Below are positions 38,601-53,400 of a stretch of 64,000 nucleotides of DNA, piece by piece; positions within the stretch are counted from its first letter, which is position 1; every line of letters starts with the position of its first letter. This DNA is from Azolla caroliniana (lineage: Eukaryota; Plantae; Polypodiophyta). The stretch is from the NCBI GenBank assembly GCA_043228905.1, contig JBHGNT010000007.1, positions 16,368,001 to 16,432,000 of the forward strand, read 5' to 3'. A program made the translations under genes and the position numbers. Below the pieces are notes generated by a model that did no database searches, was not told the DNA's origin, and saw only the letters and a program-made list of their open reading frames with translations.

Positions 38601-39364
38601 ACACTCATCACATATTATTAATATGTCAAACGAGGTATTGACCTCGTGCACATATGTAAACGTTTTAGATAATCAATTAGAGACCACTACAACATCATTG
38701 ACTTAATGAAAAAAAATGACATATAAACTAAACACATGATTAGATGGGAGAAGAGAGAATAGAAAGAAAAATTATGGAAAGAGTTACCGAAGTTCTTTGT
38801 TGATCGTTGTCTGGATCAAGGCCGACCGCACGTCAATCGATCAGCATCAATCAAAACACAAATGAAAAACAAAGAAACATTAGTACATAAATCTGATACC
38901 AAATATTAGAGATCTAAGTACTAAAGTAAGCTTAAGATAAGGATAAACAAATGATAGATAGAAAGAAGAAAGAGAAAGAAGGGTGCCGATCCACCCGACC
39001 ACCCCCGAGCGAAGGGATCGAGACGGACTCGAGCCTCGATCGGCGTCCCATACCACCGTCGTGGCGTCGAGTCGTACCTGGTGCTGGCGCGCTCGCTACA
39101 AGAGTTGACCCACCACAAGAGCAGAGTCTCGATGTAGTCAAAAAGATGTTCAAAGGAGGGTAGCTAGGCCTCTTATTTATAGCGATACCCAAGGCACCCA
39201 GGCAAGTTCACACTTGACCTAATGGGTTGTCTCAATCCTGAGGATTAAAAGTGATCCTCCCCTTCTTTACACTCTCGTTTAACCCTCACAATTATCCACG
39301 TGTATAGAATACTACGGTAAATTCTCACCACGGGATATTAAATGGTCATGCCCGTAACAGCTTG

Positions 39365-40726
39365 GCTTGCAAGCAAAACTGAACCTCCTTACGATGAAGA
39401 CCACCGATGAGATGGAATGCACCACTGGAGTTGGTGCATACTGATGTGTGTCAAGTTGACACGAAGTCACATGCCGGATCGCAGTACTTCATGACGTTCA
39501 TAGACGACCACACTCGGGAGCTGTGGGTCTCACCAGTGAAGATGAAGGATTAGGTGTCATTCGTCTTCAAGGAGTTCCACACGAGAGTGAAAAGAGAAAC
39601 CGGCTGGAAGCTGAAGGCGGTTCGAGCAGATAACGGAGGAGAATATCGGGGGCAATTCGAGTAGTACTGCCGGTTGAAGGGAATCCGGCTCGAATTTACC
39701 ATGCTGAAGACGCCGGAATTGAACGGGTTGGTTGAACAGATGAACCAGACCATAATGGAGAGAGTCTGAAGCATGCTAGCACATGCCAAGTTACCCAAGA
39801 AGTTTTGGGTTGAGGCACTGATGATAGCGACCTATGTGATAAACGGATCACCCTCAACACCCTTGGAAGGAGACTCACCACAGAAAGTATGGACCGGTAA
39901 AGATGTATCTTACCGGCAGCTGAAGGTGTTTGGCTATCTCGCATATGTGCATGTCGCAAAGGACAAGAGAGCAAAGTTGGATCCGAAGACCCAACCATGC
40001 ATATTCCTTGGATACGGCGAAAATAAGTTCAATTACTCGCTGTGGGATCTGGTCGACAAGAAGGTGTTCCGGAGTCGGGACATAGTCTTCATGGAAGATA
40101 AGACCATTGCCGACTGGGAGTCAGAGAAGAAGGTGATGAACTCCGGATCATCAAATGAAAACCAGGTTAAGGACACAAGGACTTACCTGGCTGAAAACCG
40201 GATGTTAGTCAGTAATCGGATGACACTCAACGAACCGGTCGGATTCGGACAAGAAACTAAACCGACCAAAGAAGAAGAAGAAGAAGAAAAAGACACTGGA
40301 ACCGGACAAGATCCCGAATCGGATTCGGATGAAGAACAAATGGAGGAACTAATGGTCAAAAACCAAGGATGAAGATACCCTCTCAGAGAGAGAAGAGCCC
40401 CCTAGAGATTTCCGGATGCAGAGTATGTATTGTTGACCGATGAGGGGGAGCCAGAAAGCTTCGAAGAAGCAAAGAAAGAAACCCATAGCTGGAAGTAGTT
40501 GAGTGCCATGCAGGATGAGATGAATTCCTTGCATGAGAACCACATATGCGAACTGATGGAATTGTCGAAAGGAAAGAGGGCACTCTGGAATAAGTGGGTG
40601 TACAAGTTGAAACTTGGAGATGCTAGAAATCCACCAAGATATAAGGCCTAGATTGTGGTGAAGGGTGTTTCAGCAGAAGAAAGGAGTGGACTTCGATGAG
40701 ATCTTTGTCCCGATAGTAAAGATGAC
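39365..40726 (+). pseudogene. Copia B fragment 2 (integrase to start of RT)
   Basis: ELVHTDV, ADNGGEY, CIFLGY with several stops; cut by copia D at KMT|SIR. Confidence 0.92.
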
Positions 40727-41434
40727 TGTTGGGATTTACGGTCCCTCCGGATGGGATGTCCGGAGATGAATGACGGTAAGCCCGGTTGCGGTTACGGAAC
40801 CGGATGATGAATAGTACCCGGCATGAAGCCGGATGAAGAGACCCGGCTACGGAGCCGGATGACGAAGACCCGGCTACGGAGCCGGATGAAGAGACCCGGC
40901 TACGGAGCCGGATGCTGAAGACCCCGGTCACGGAGCCAGATGACGAAGATCCGGCTACGGAGCCGGATGCTGAAGACCCCGGTTACAGAGCCGAATGACG
41001 AATGTGTATAAATATGACTTAGGGCAAACTGTTTGTTAGTGCTGTTGAAAGTTGTTGCTCATTTTCTGTTTTCCCATTTTCTGGAGGGAGCGAAGTGAGA
41101 GCAGCCGAGAGAGAGAGCGGAGAGAGAGAGGGAGAGGTCGACGCCTCTGTGTAATACCGCCGCCTGTGGCGAGGACAGCGAGCTCAAGGTCGTCGCCTTG
41201 CAGCTCGCCATTGTATATTTCTCTGTGCATAGTTTTGGTTTGGAGTCTTGCACTCCCGTGGTTTTTTTCCCGTATAGGGTTTTCCACGTTAATCCCTGTG
41301 TTATCGTATTTTTCTCTGTGTTTCCTATTTTCTGCTGCATTGATTCATGATTTCTCGGTTGTGGCCGAACGGTGAAGACGAATCGGAGCGTTGTTTTTCA
41401 ACAAAGTGGTATCAGAGCGACGGCAGTGCAAAAA

Positions 41435-44400
41435 ATGGAAGGCGGCAGCAGCGGGCAGCCGGGGATGATGGTGCTGAATGCGCAGAACTACGCCGACTGG
41501 AAGATCAAGATGGAGGATCTTCTGATTGTTCGGGACCTGTACGAACCGATTGACAGGTCGGAAATACCGAAGGGGGTACTTGAGACGGAATGGAGGCTTC
41601 TGAACCGGAAAGCCGTTGCAACCATTCGGCAATACGTCGACGTGAGCGTTCTACAACATGTGGCGAACGACACCAACGCATACGAGATGTGGCGGAAGCT
41701 GTCGGGCCTCTACGAGAGGAAGAATGCGTTGAACCGGACCTCCTTGATGAGGAAGATAGTGAATCTCAAGTACCGGGACGGCGAGAGTATGGTGGAACAC
41801 GTAAGCACGTTCATGGGATTCGTGAATCAGCTTGCGGCGATCAAGTTCCCGTTGGAGGATGCAATGCAAGCCATCATCCTGATGTGTACATTGCCGGAAA
41901 GCTGGGAGAACTTGGTGGTGACCCTCAGCACCTCCTGCACAGAAGATAACTTGTCCTTGCAAACGGTAAAGACAAGTATTTTGAACGAAGAAGCGCGTCG
42001 GAGAGATAAAGAACCGGCCTCCGACCCGAAGGCGCTGCTTACCGAATCGGATCGGGGAAGACAATGGAACCGGAGTCCGCAAAGACGGGAGAAGTCGGGG
42101 ACCCGGTCGCAGTCAAGAGGAAGACCCACATGCTTCCACTGTGGGAAGCCGGGGCACTTCCGGAAGAATTGTCGGCATTACCGAAAGGACAACGGAGCCG
42201 ACGACATCGATTCGAAGAAGTCACCGGAGAGAAACGGTGCATACCGGGGAGCCACGGACCGGAGAGGTCCGTATCGGCGAGGGCAGGACCGGAAAGGAAC
42301 GACGGCACTCGCGGCAAGTGAGGAAGAAATCATGCTCATCACCGAAGAAGGTGAACTAAACGTTGCCGGCGACGAGACGACCTGGGTGGTCGATTCCGGA
42401 GCATCGTTCCACCTGACCCCGGAGAGAAGATACTTCTCATCCTACACAGCCGGTGAGCATGGCTGTGTCCGGATGGGAAATGAAGGTACGTGCCGGATTG
42501 CCGGCATAGGAGACGTGTGGTTGATGACATCAACCGGATGCAAAATGCTGCTGAAGGATGTCCGACACGTTCCGGAGGTTCGATTGAACTTGATTTCGGC
42601 CGGGAGGCTAGACGATGAAGGCTACACAGGTAGCATCCGGAACGGCGTAATGAAGTTCAGCAAGGGGAGCTTGATAGTGGCTCGGGCCCGGAAGGTCAAC
42701 ACACTGTACCTGATGAATTCCCGACTATGTCCGGAGGAGCTGAACGTGGCAGCCGACACTGCCGGTGAGCTGTGGCACAAGAGACTGTGCCACATGAGTG
42801 AGAAGGGGATGAAGAGGCTTGCAGAAGACAACCTTATTCCAGTGAAGCATGTGCACCTGGAGAAGTGCACCGACTGCCTGGCCGGTAAGCAAAACCGGAC
42901 CTCCTTCCACTCAAGGCCACCGACGAGACGTAGCGCACCATTGGAGCTGGTGCACACTGACGTGTGTCAAGTAGAAACGAAGTCACATGGCGGAGCCCAG
43001 TACTTCGTAACATTCATAGATGATCACAGCCGGAAGCTGTGGACGGCACCGTTGAAGACAAAGGACCAAGTGTTGGGCGTCTTCAAAGAACTCCACGCGA
43101 GAGTGGAAAGGGAATCCGGCAAGAAGCTGAAAGCGATACGAGCGGATAACGGAGGGGAATACCGGGGGCAGTTCCAGGAGTACTGTCGCTCGAAGGGAAT
43201 CCGACTCGAGTTTACTGTGCCGAAGACGCCGGAACTGAACGGGCTGGCCGAGAGGATGAACCGGACCATAATGGAGAGGGTTCGGAGTATGCTGGCGCAT
43301 GCGAAATTACCCAAGGGATTTTGGGCTGAGGCAATGTCGACGGCGACATACGTGATAAACAGATCACCCTCAGTACCTTTGGACGGAGACACGCCGCAGA
43401 GAGTGTGGACCGGTAGGGAAGTATCTTACCGGCATCTGAAGGTGTTCGGGTGTCTCGCATACGTGCATGTGGCAAAGGACCGGAGAGGAAAGTTAGATCC
43501 AAAGACCCGGCCATGCATATTCCTCGGTTACGGCAACGACGAGTTCGGCTACCGAGTATGGGACCCGGTCGACAAGAAGATATTCAGGAGTCGAGATATC
43601 ATCTTCATGGAGGACAAGACACTCGCCGACTGGGAGTCGGAGAAGAAGATGAAGAGCTCCAAGTCGACCGGTGAGAATCAACTCTACGAGGAGCAGTCCC
43701 GACCGGCAAGGGACCGGTTAACACTCGAAGATCCGGCCGAAGACGGTGAAGAAACAGAACCGGCCGAAGAAGATGAAAATGATACCGGAATCGGCCCCGA
43801 TCCCGAAATGGATTCGGATGAAGAAGAATCGGAAGAACCGGTTACCGAAGCTCCGGAACGGAGATATCCTCTAAGAGAGAGAAGGGCGCCCCGGAGATTT
43901 CCGGAACCAGAGCACGTGCTGCTAACCGACGAGGGGGAGCCGGAGAGCTTTGAAGAAGCAAAGCATGACACCCAGAGCCGCAAGTGGTTGAGTGCCATGC
44001 AGGACGAGATGGATTCCCTGCATGAGAACCACACATATGAACTTGTGGAGTTGCCGAAAGGAAAGCGGGCACTTCGAAACAAGTGGGTGTTCAAGCTGAA
44101 ACCGGGAGATGCCGGAAACCCCCCGAGATACAAAGCCAGGATCGTGGTGAAGGGGTTTCAGCAGAAGAAGGGCGTCGACTTCGACGAGATATTTGCCCCG
44201 GTAGTGAAGATGACCTCCATCCGGACGGTGCTGAGCATAGCGGCAAGCATGGACCTCGAGGTAGAACAGATGGACGTGAAGACGGCATTCCTTCACGGTG
44301 ACCTCGAAGAAGAAATCTACATGCAGCAACCGGAAGGATTTGAGAAGAAAGGGAAGGAGCACCTGGTATGCCGGTTGAAGAAGAGCCTTTACGGTCTGAA

Positions 44401-47400
44401 GCAGGCTCCCCGGCAATGGTACCGGAAGTTCGACTCCTTCATGACAGACGAAGGGTACCACAAAACGCAGTCCGACCACTGCGTGTTTGTGAAGAAGTTC
44501 GAAGGAGGAGACTTTGTTACCGGCCGGCAAGGAGTCCAAAATACGGAGTGAAGGAATTAATTAGATATGGTTGTAAATGAGCATAGTGTGGACGGACGGA
44601 CTGGAAACGGTATGCCGTTCTAGATCCGGACGGATCCCGAATAGGTGCGAGAGGCACCGTTTTGTACTACGGGCCGGAAACCTATTTAAAGGCCCGGACC
44701 CCATTGTAATGACAGCGGATAATTAGTAGAGCTTATGTTGTTTATGCTTCTGTCTTGATTTCCGTTCTGTAATCACTGTTATATCTTACGCGTGTAATTA
44801 ACCAAGCAATCTAATCGTGTAACCTACGTAAGTCGGTGTAATCGTTGAATCTTAATCCTATGCCGTAATCACCCTTTGGTGAAGTGTCTCCGTGACACCT
44901 TGTGTTAGGCCTTGTCCGGCTAAGCGAATAACACAGTTTTGGCGACCACGATTCCTGCTTTCTCGCAGCGAACGACGGTAATGGATGACTAGACCAACGC
45001 ACGACTTGCTTACAGACCGAGCTCGACGCCTCGCCGAACGGCAAAGACGGCGTGAGACTTTCCAGCAAGCAGCGCAGGAAATTCGCTCGGATCGTTCGTT
45101 CTCCAACGAGATCCGGAGAGTCGCGGAGGAATCTCTTCGGTTACGGCAAACTCGCGACCAGGACGACGGAAGCAGTCTAAGTAGTCTCCGGGAAACCGAA
45201 CGACTCCTGGAGGCGCTGGCAAGCGGAGAAAACGAGGCAGAGGCCTTTTCAGCTTACGAATCGGATTCCGAAGGGGGATACAGCGTGCACACGAACTACC
45301 GGAGCAGCAACGATACCCCCGGCGGCCCGGAAGACGACGGGTCGGATACCGTGCCGACTCCAGAACCGGAACCACTCAATCAGGGCTATCCGGAACCGCA
45401 AACGGAAGCCGTCAACCCACCAACACCGGAAGTGGAAGAAGCAAAGCCACCAACACCAACGAAAGAACCGGCGAAACAACCGGAAGAAGAACCGGAAAAA
45501 GCACCGGCAAAAGAACCGGAAGTGAAACCGGAAAAAGAACCGGGAAGAGATCAACAAACGCCACTAAACCGCGGCCTAATACTGGACGACGACATGTCGT
45601 TCCAATACTCAAAGTACCGCGATGATCCGGATGCGGAAGCGCATGTGGATGACTTCGAGCAGACATGGGAAGCAAATCACACGTCCCAACGAATGACACC
45701 GGAGGAAGAAGAACGCTCGAAGATAGCGGAATTCGGAGTCACGTTGGAAGGACCAGCGACACGATGGCGGCGGTCGCAGGACCCGGCGACCATCACAACA
45801 TTTGCAGAATTAAAAGCAAAATTCTTGCATTTTTTCCACAAGGAGGTCGACCAGACGACAATGGTGGGCCTGTTTTATACGATCCGACAGGAGGCAGGGG
45901 AAAGCATTCCCCAATTCGTCATCCGTTTCCAACGAATGCATAGCCAGCTTGCCCGTGCACCCCCGGAGGAGGAATTACGTACGATATTTTTAAACGCACT
46001 CCGGGAACCGTTACGCACGGTGTGTACGGTAATCGACTTTCGAGGATGCACCATCGACCAGGTCATTGACCGGGTCAGAGAAATGGAAAAGACAAGCTCA
46101 TGGCTTACGCTGGGAACACTGCAACGGGCGTTACCCACCGAGGAAGATCTCCGGTTCCGGCAGGCAATTCAATGCACAATCTGCTTGAATGCCGGACACT
46201 CGGCAGTAGAGTGCACCATGCGCACTCAGTGTGTGATTTGTCAATCCAAGAGTCATACAACGGACCAGTGCGAGTACAACCTGTTAAATCGACAAGCACC
46301 ACCCGTCCGACGGATCGAGCCAAGAAGCAGCCGAGACGAAGATGACGATCGTTGGCAAAGAATGAACCGATACCCACCGGCACAGGATGTCCGGTACGGG
46401 GACAGGCAAGAGAATGATGGCCGGTACGGGAATCGGCGTGATATCTACGACCGGTATGAGCGATCGGACCGTTATCGGGAGCCTAACAGACGACACGAGC
46501 AATACGACAGAGACCATTCCCCGGGTTACCGAAGGCACCAGGAGGACTACGGCCGATTTTACGATCTACCACGACCGGACTACCGAAATAAAAACAAGAA
46601 TAATAAGAAACGTAATTTCAAGAAAGGTGGTCACACTAGGGACCCGGAACATGGAGCCCCAAGGAGCCAACCGGCACAGAACGCACCACTCACTACGGGA
46701 ACGACTCCGGCTACCAGCAATGCTGAATCCAGCAATACCCGTAAAGAGTACTGCTATTACTGCAGGCAGGAAGGCCACTACAGTAACCAGTGCCCGGTAA
46801 AGAGCTACGAGAAACGACCAGCAGTTAATATGGTGGTGCCGGAAGTGGCGGATATACAGCAAGTAACCACACGGTCGAAAGGCATGGCTAAAGAATGGGA
46901 AACACAAGAGGCCATACGAAAACAGGCGACGGAATGGGTGAAGGAAGCCAATGAAAGGAACGTCGCGGACGCGGAACGGCAAAAGACGAATACCATAGGG
47001 AGTGCCGGCGGTAGCCACCCAGAAAACGAGACATGGCAAGCACTGCAGGAATGTCAGATCACTCTGCCGTTAGGACGACTTTTGCAACTCGTGCCGCGAT
47101 TTACGGAAGGACTAAAAACGGGCATAACAGACGGTATAGCTCCACCGGCACCAGTTCTGTTCTCGAATCCGGAGGAAGGACCGACGGTGGTAGACACTAG
47201 TAGTCCGGCGATTACAGCTATGGTCAAAGGGCACGAACTTCCCGGCACCATAATCGATGGAGGTTCCGGGGTGAACGTAATAAGCCTCCGCACGTGTGAT
47301 GCCTTGGGTATACATGAATGGGAGCCATGTCCGTTCTGGCTACGGATGGCGGATACGAGCTCGGTACGGCCGACGGGCTTAATACGGAAATTGGAGGTCA

Positions 47401-50400
47401 CCATAGGAGGTCACACATTCCACATCTCGGCTGTAGTGCTGCAGCTACAGGCGCAAGGCGCGTACCCACTGTTGCTGGGCAGACCATGGTTGAAAACAGC
47501 ACACATCAAGCAAAATTGGCGGAAAAATATGATTACCTTCCGGCGCGGAAAAGCCAAGGTCCGGGTGCCGACACAACCACGGACGAGCAAAGGTAAGGAA
47601 TGCACACCGCTGTATGCGGAATGCGTGAACATGCTTGAAGGATTGGCAGACGACGAAGAGGCCCAGTACTTGGACGAACACCCGAAGATCGTACCACTGT
47701 TCGAGATTGACATAGCTGAAGCGGTAGCGCCATACTTGCCGCAGCGGGACGACACCGAGGCCGAACCAGACAAAGATGCGATTCGGGAATTACGGCAAGC
47801 ACAGGAAGCGTTGGAACGGGAAATGGCCGTATCCCAACGGGTAAAAGCATCCCAGCTCGAAGAGGTAAACCTAGGAAGCAAGGACGAATCAAAGCCGGTA
47901 CACATCGCCAAAGAAATGAAGCCGGAAGATAAAGCGTCGATGATCAAGCTTCTCACGGAGTTTAGCGACGTATTCGCCTGGTCCTACGAAGACATGCGAG
48001 GGCTGGACCCTCAATTATATCAGCATCAAATCCACTTAGGCAAGGACGCGAAACCAGTGGCGCAACGACGTTACCGAATGAACCCCAACTACGCCGCCAA
48101 AGTAAAGGAGGAAATCGACAAACTCCTAAGAGTGGGCTTCATCCGGCCGGTAAAGAAAGCGACGTGGCTGAGCCCCATCATCATCGTCCCAAAGAAGAAC
48201 GGTAAAATCCGTGTGTGTGTAGATTACAGGAAATTAAATGCCGCCACAATTACGGATGCATTCCCTCTTCCGTTCACGGATGGAGTACTGGATGCCGTCG
48301 CCGGCCATGAAGTTTATAGCTTTTTAGACAGCTTCAGCGGATACAATCAAATCCGGATGCACCCCGACGACCAGGAGAAGACAGCGTTCGTCACCGAATG
48401 GGGGGTGTTTGTGGCCGAAGTCATGATGTTCGGCCTAAAAACGGCACCAGCAACTTTCCAGCGAATCATCATGGAGATCTTCGGCGAATACATTCCTGCC
48501 TTCATGCAAGTTTTCCTGGATGATTTTGCAGTCTATAGCCGGGGAAAAGACCATTTGCAGCACCTACGGTTATGCCTTGAAAAGTGTAGGTCATACCGGC
48601 TAAGCTTAAACCCAGCGAAATGCATCTTTGGAGTTTCAAGTGGAATATTGCTGGGACACATTGTAAGTAAGGAGGGCATTGCGGTCGACCCGGACAAAGT
48701 AAACGCCATACTAGGGGCACCGGCACCGAAAACAGCCAAAGCACTAAGCCGATTCTTAGGACAGATCCGGTGGCACAGCCGGATGCTCCGTCACTTGGCT
48801 GACTTGGCTACACCATTACACACCGCGGTACATCGGACACCGTTCCAATGGACGGATACGGAGGATAAGGCATACAATGCCCTGAAGGTACTTTTATCGC
48901 AAGCACCCGTCGTGCAGCCTCCGGATTGGAGCAAGGAATTTCACGTATTCGTGGACGCGTCCGACATCGCTATTGGCAGCGCCTTAATGCAGCTTACGGA
49001 GCCCAAATGGTACCGGCCGGTATATTACGCCAGCCGGAAGCTGTCCCAAGCGGAGAAGAACTATTCAACGACGGAACGGGAGGCCCTCGGCATGATCTAC
49101 AGTGTCACAAAGTTTCGGCACTACCTATTGGGAAGGAAGTTCTCCTTTCATGTGGATCACTCGGCGCTTCTGTACTTAGTGTCCAAGGCGTCCCTAACCG
49201 GTAAGTTGGCCCGTTGGACCTTGCTTTTGCAGGAGTTCGAATTCGAGATCTTCCACCGCCCCGGTATCCAGCATGCCGTAGCAGACTATCTAAGCCGGTT
49301 AGAGTCCGGAGAACCAGGCGACGGAGTAGCGGATGAATTCCCGGACGCGGAGTTATTCCGTATCACCCCGGAAACGGCAGCGGACGACACGGTGGCATCA
49401 GAAGATAAATGGCTGACAAACATGCACCAGTTCCTAAGCACGGGCCTGCCACCGGAAGAAATGAACCGGGACGAGAGGAAACGACTAGCGGTGCAGAGCC
49501 GCAATTTCTGTCTGTTACGGGACACTCTCTACCACAAAGGAGCAGATGGAATATGGAGACGGGCAGTCCGTAGTGACGAGAAAGAAGTAATCTTACGGGA
49601 AGCACACTGTGGGGTTGCCGGAGGACACTATGCCGGGGAAGCGACGGCGAGGAAAGTATGGCAGAGCGGCTTATGGTGGCCCACGACGTTAAAAGACGCC
49701 GTCAAGTATGCTAAGGAATGTGACCTATGCCAACGAATGGGCCAGCCTACGGAGCAAGCACGGATGCCACACCAACCGGTACTTCCACTAGAGCCATTCC
49801 AGAAGTGGGGGTTGGATTTTGTCGGACCGTTCAAGCCACCGGCAATGAGGACAGGAAATCGTTATGTCATCGTGGCAACGGATTATTGCACGAAATGGGT
49901 GGAAGCTAAGGCCCTGAGAGACAACACCGCGTCATCCACAGCAAAATTCCTGTACGAAAACATTTGGTGCCGGTATGGATGTCCGATTGAATTAATCAGC
50001 GACCAAGGAGGCCACTTCCTTGGCCAGGTAGTGGAAAGCTTAACAACGTTCTATGCCGTGGTCCATAAACGAAGCACACCGTACTACCCACAGGCGAACG
50101 GGTTAGCAGAGTCCACCAACAAAACGCTGCAGAACATTCTCCGCAAAATCGTCAATGAAAACCGGACGGACTGGGACACAAAGCTCCATAGCGCGCTATG
50201 GGCGTACAGAACGGCATACAAAACAAGTATCCGGACAACGCCATTCCGGTTAGCATTCGGCTTAGAAGCGGTCATGCCGGTCGAGTTTCAGGTACCAAGC
50301 TTACGTATCCAACTACGGGAACGGCTGAATGAAAAGAAGTCGGAGGAAATGCGGCTAGCAGCACTATGCGAACTGGAGGAGCAACGGCTCGCTAGCATCC

Positions 50401-53400
50401 TACACATGGAACTGGAGCAACGACGACGGAAAGCGTTCGTTGACCGTCACCGGAAAGGTAATGAGAAGATGTTCGAAATCGGAAAGCCGGTGCTAGTATT
50501 CCAAACGAGGATGGGCAAGATGCCGGGTAAACTCCGGTTCAGATGGACAGGCCCGTATTGGCTGACACGGGAATACAACGGGTCCTATCAGATAGGGACA
50601 CTTGCCGGTGAAGTACTAGGCAAGTGGGTGAACGGATTTCGACTAAAGCCCTATAAAGGACCGATGCCAAAGAACCCGTTTATGCAGCTCACCGGCACTA
50701 CACCGGGATCGGTACGGATCGATCCGGAAGAAAAAGACGACGGGGAACCCGTAGCAGAGACGAAGGAAGACACGGCAACCCGTAAGGAAAACGGTAAGGG
50801 TCCGAAGGGGCTTACGGATGTGTAAGGTCACACACCGTCATAAATAAAAAAATAAAAATAAAATAAAATAAATAAAAAATCATTAAAAATCGAGGTATGA
50901 ACGGGTGTGAAAGCAAGGAGCGAAAAGGTACGTAGTGGGCATTTAAGAGCCGCCACGTACTTAATACTAAATCGGTACACGACGTGCGCATGCTCGAAAA
51001 AAAGGCGCCAAGACGCACAGAGAAAAAGAAGAGCGCATGGAGACCTTCTTTTTTCGCGAGCCAAGAAGCACAGAAGCACCAAGGCAGTGGAAGCTGAGCA
51101 AACGCGAACCTGCACGCAGAGAACCCCCGCGCTCAGAACGCTCTCTCTCTCGCTCTCACTCTCAACACCACTCTACTTCGCCATCTTCCCTCGACCTTGA
51201 AGCAGACATGGAACCACAAACGCTGTCGGAAGCGGCCAGGAAATGGTTCAGGCAAAACGGACTGGAGGGGTTCTTGGCCATCATGGAGGCACCACCGCAC
51301 AGAGAAGCCGACCGGGTCATCAAGGAGCTCGCCACAGAGGTCATCACCGAGGAAACGATCCGCGCGCTAACAGGCCTTCCGGAGGGAGGAATCTTTCAGA
51401 TCGATAACCCAACCTCGGAGCAACTCATCCGATATTTCGGTGAGTACTCTGTTGCCGGCAAAGGCTATCGGACGCAGGGCGGCGAAGATCCGCTATTCAG
51501 GGAGATAGCTCGAGTGCTCCATGAGTACGGTCACGTGTACCCCCGACCCCCTGTCATGCCAAAAAATCGGGCAGGGATGATCATAGCCACCTATGAAGGG
51601 ATCAAGGTGGACTGGCCGGTGTTGATTGCAGACGGTTTGTGCATGGCAATCGACATGGTACGAGGGAAGGACGGCAAGGAGGGCCGGAAGCTGTGGCACG
51701 CCGTAGCTCAATGGATAAAATTGCTCGTGCCGCCGGTCGAGACCGTCCAGCCAAAGAAGCGGCCAAGAGTATCGGAAGGAAGCACCTCGAAGCCGGCGTC
51801 CAAACGACAGCAGCTGCTGGCGTCAAAGGCGACGAGAGGGAAGAAACGGGTCCAAGAACCGGAGGAGGTGTCACCGGTCCCACCCGTCAAGATAACCATA
51901 CGGAGATCGAGATAGAAGGAACCGGAACCCTTGACGGCACAGAAACATGCCGTGACACAGGAAGAGGAAACGGAGGAGCCAGAAGAGCACCTCCAACGAC
52001 GGTCAAGAAGTAGGACCGCCGAGACAAGAGGGGAGCGGTCGTACCCGCGAGAGGCAGAAACGCCCCCAACTCAACCTGAGCAAACCACAAGGGTGGAACC
52101 GGAACCGGTGCGTAGGGAACCGGTCTTGTCGACTTCTATAGAAGAAGTCAGTCCAACGGCTCCGGAGACGGCGAGAACCGGAACTCAACAGCCGGCGAGC
52201 CCAGCCAACACACACGGCGGCCAAGGAGTAGAACCAGAACGGCATATGCAGGCACTTAGGCCAGACAATACCACAGGGAATGAGCCGACCCGACCAGTAC
52301 AGCAACAAGGCACCAGTAGCATGTGGCTACGGTGGGTAGGCGAGCAAATCGCCGGAGTGGTCGAGTATATAGAGGCGGAAGAGAGAGCGCACCAGGAACG
52401 GTTGCTCGTCACAACCGTAGATCTAGAGACGGCCCGGTCCAGAATCCGGAGCCTTGAACAAGACTTGGACAGGGTCACAAGGGAAATGGCTCAAGTGGCT
52501 TTGACAACACAAGTCCAAGCACCGGTGACTCCGGGCAATGTACAGAATAAAGCGGCAGATCAACCTGTACATAGCAATCAGACCCCGGCAACGGAAACCG
52601 TTCCGGAGAGAAATGCGGCACAAGCCCAAGAGCTTGCGAATTTAAAGGATGAGCTAGCTGCCCAAGAAGCGCTGAGGAGCCGCGAACGAGAATTGAAGAC
52701 GGCAGCGGAGGCGGAACTCAAAAAGACTGCTGAAAATCTACGCCGGGCCGAGGAGAGCTTACGGAAAGGCCACCAAGCGTACGACCGGCTCAAGGAGGAG
52801 AAGGAGAAAATGCTGCAAGAGAAGGAGAGGCTCCGGAGGAACGCCGAAACAGAAGTAGAGCGCCTGAAAGAGGAACTCCGGCAGGTAAAGGACCGGGAAG
52901 ACCGGAACCATCGCCAGATCAACGGCAAGCTCAAACCAAAAACGGAGGAATTTGAGCAATTGCACCGAGAGTATAAACGGTTGCAAACGGAGCACAAGGA
53001 ACGGACGGATGAGCTCCGGCAAGCAGTTGATCGGACCGCAACCGCATTCGCCAAGGAACAAGCGGAAAACAGAAGACGGTTGGAAGAGGCGGAGAAGGTT
53101 CGGACAGAGCTCCTCAGGCAACAGCAGGCGGAAAAAGAAAGAGCGGCGGAGGTACTGCAGAGGCTGCAAACGACATATCAAGGGCAGCTGACGCGCTACA
53201 GAGAGCAGGCGGAGGATACGGCAAACCTCATCAAGCAGTTGAAGGTGGAGCGACACGTGGTGGAAAGCAGAGCACAAATGGGAGCAAGTCGCATCCAGGA
53301 TATAATGCGGGCCTGGTTGAACCAGACCAAGAGCTTGATTGACAACGGGTCCGTCAAATGGTGGACCAAGTGGGCCACGAACGCGGCGGAACTCCAATTG

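Larger units (their letters stand above)
25029..39359 (-). mobile_element. Ty3/gypsy chromovirus, degenerate, with nested gypsy
   Basis: 456-bp LTRs 25029-25484 and 38904-39359, TSD GCTTG, Met-type PBS TGGTATCAGA (~38901-38892), PPT AAAGAGGGGGAG (~25498-25487). Confidence 0.95.

Noticed and set aside
41372-44551. 1059-aa ORF as a complete protein, and the 346-aa ORF at 54337
   Set aside because: They are two halves of one copia gag-pol; their termini are read from LTR sequence.
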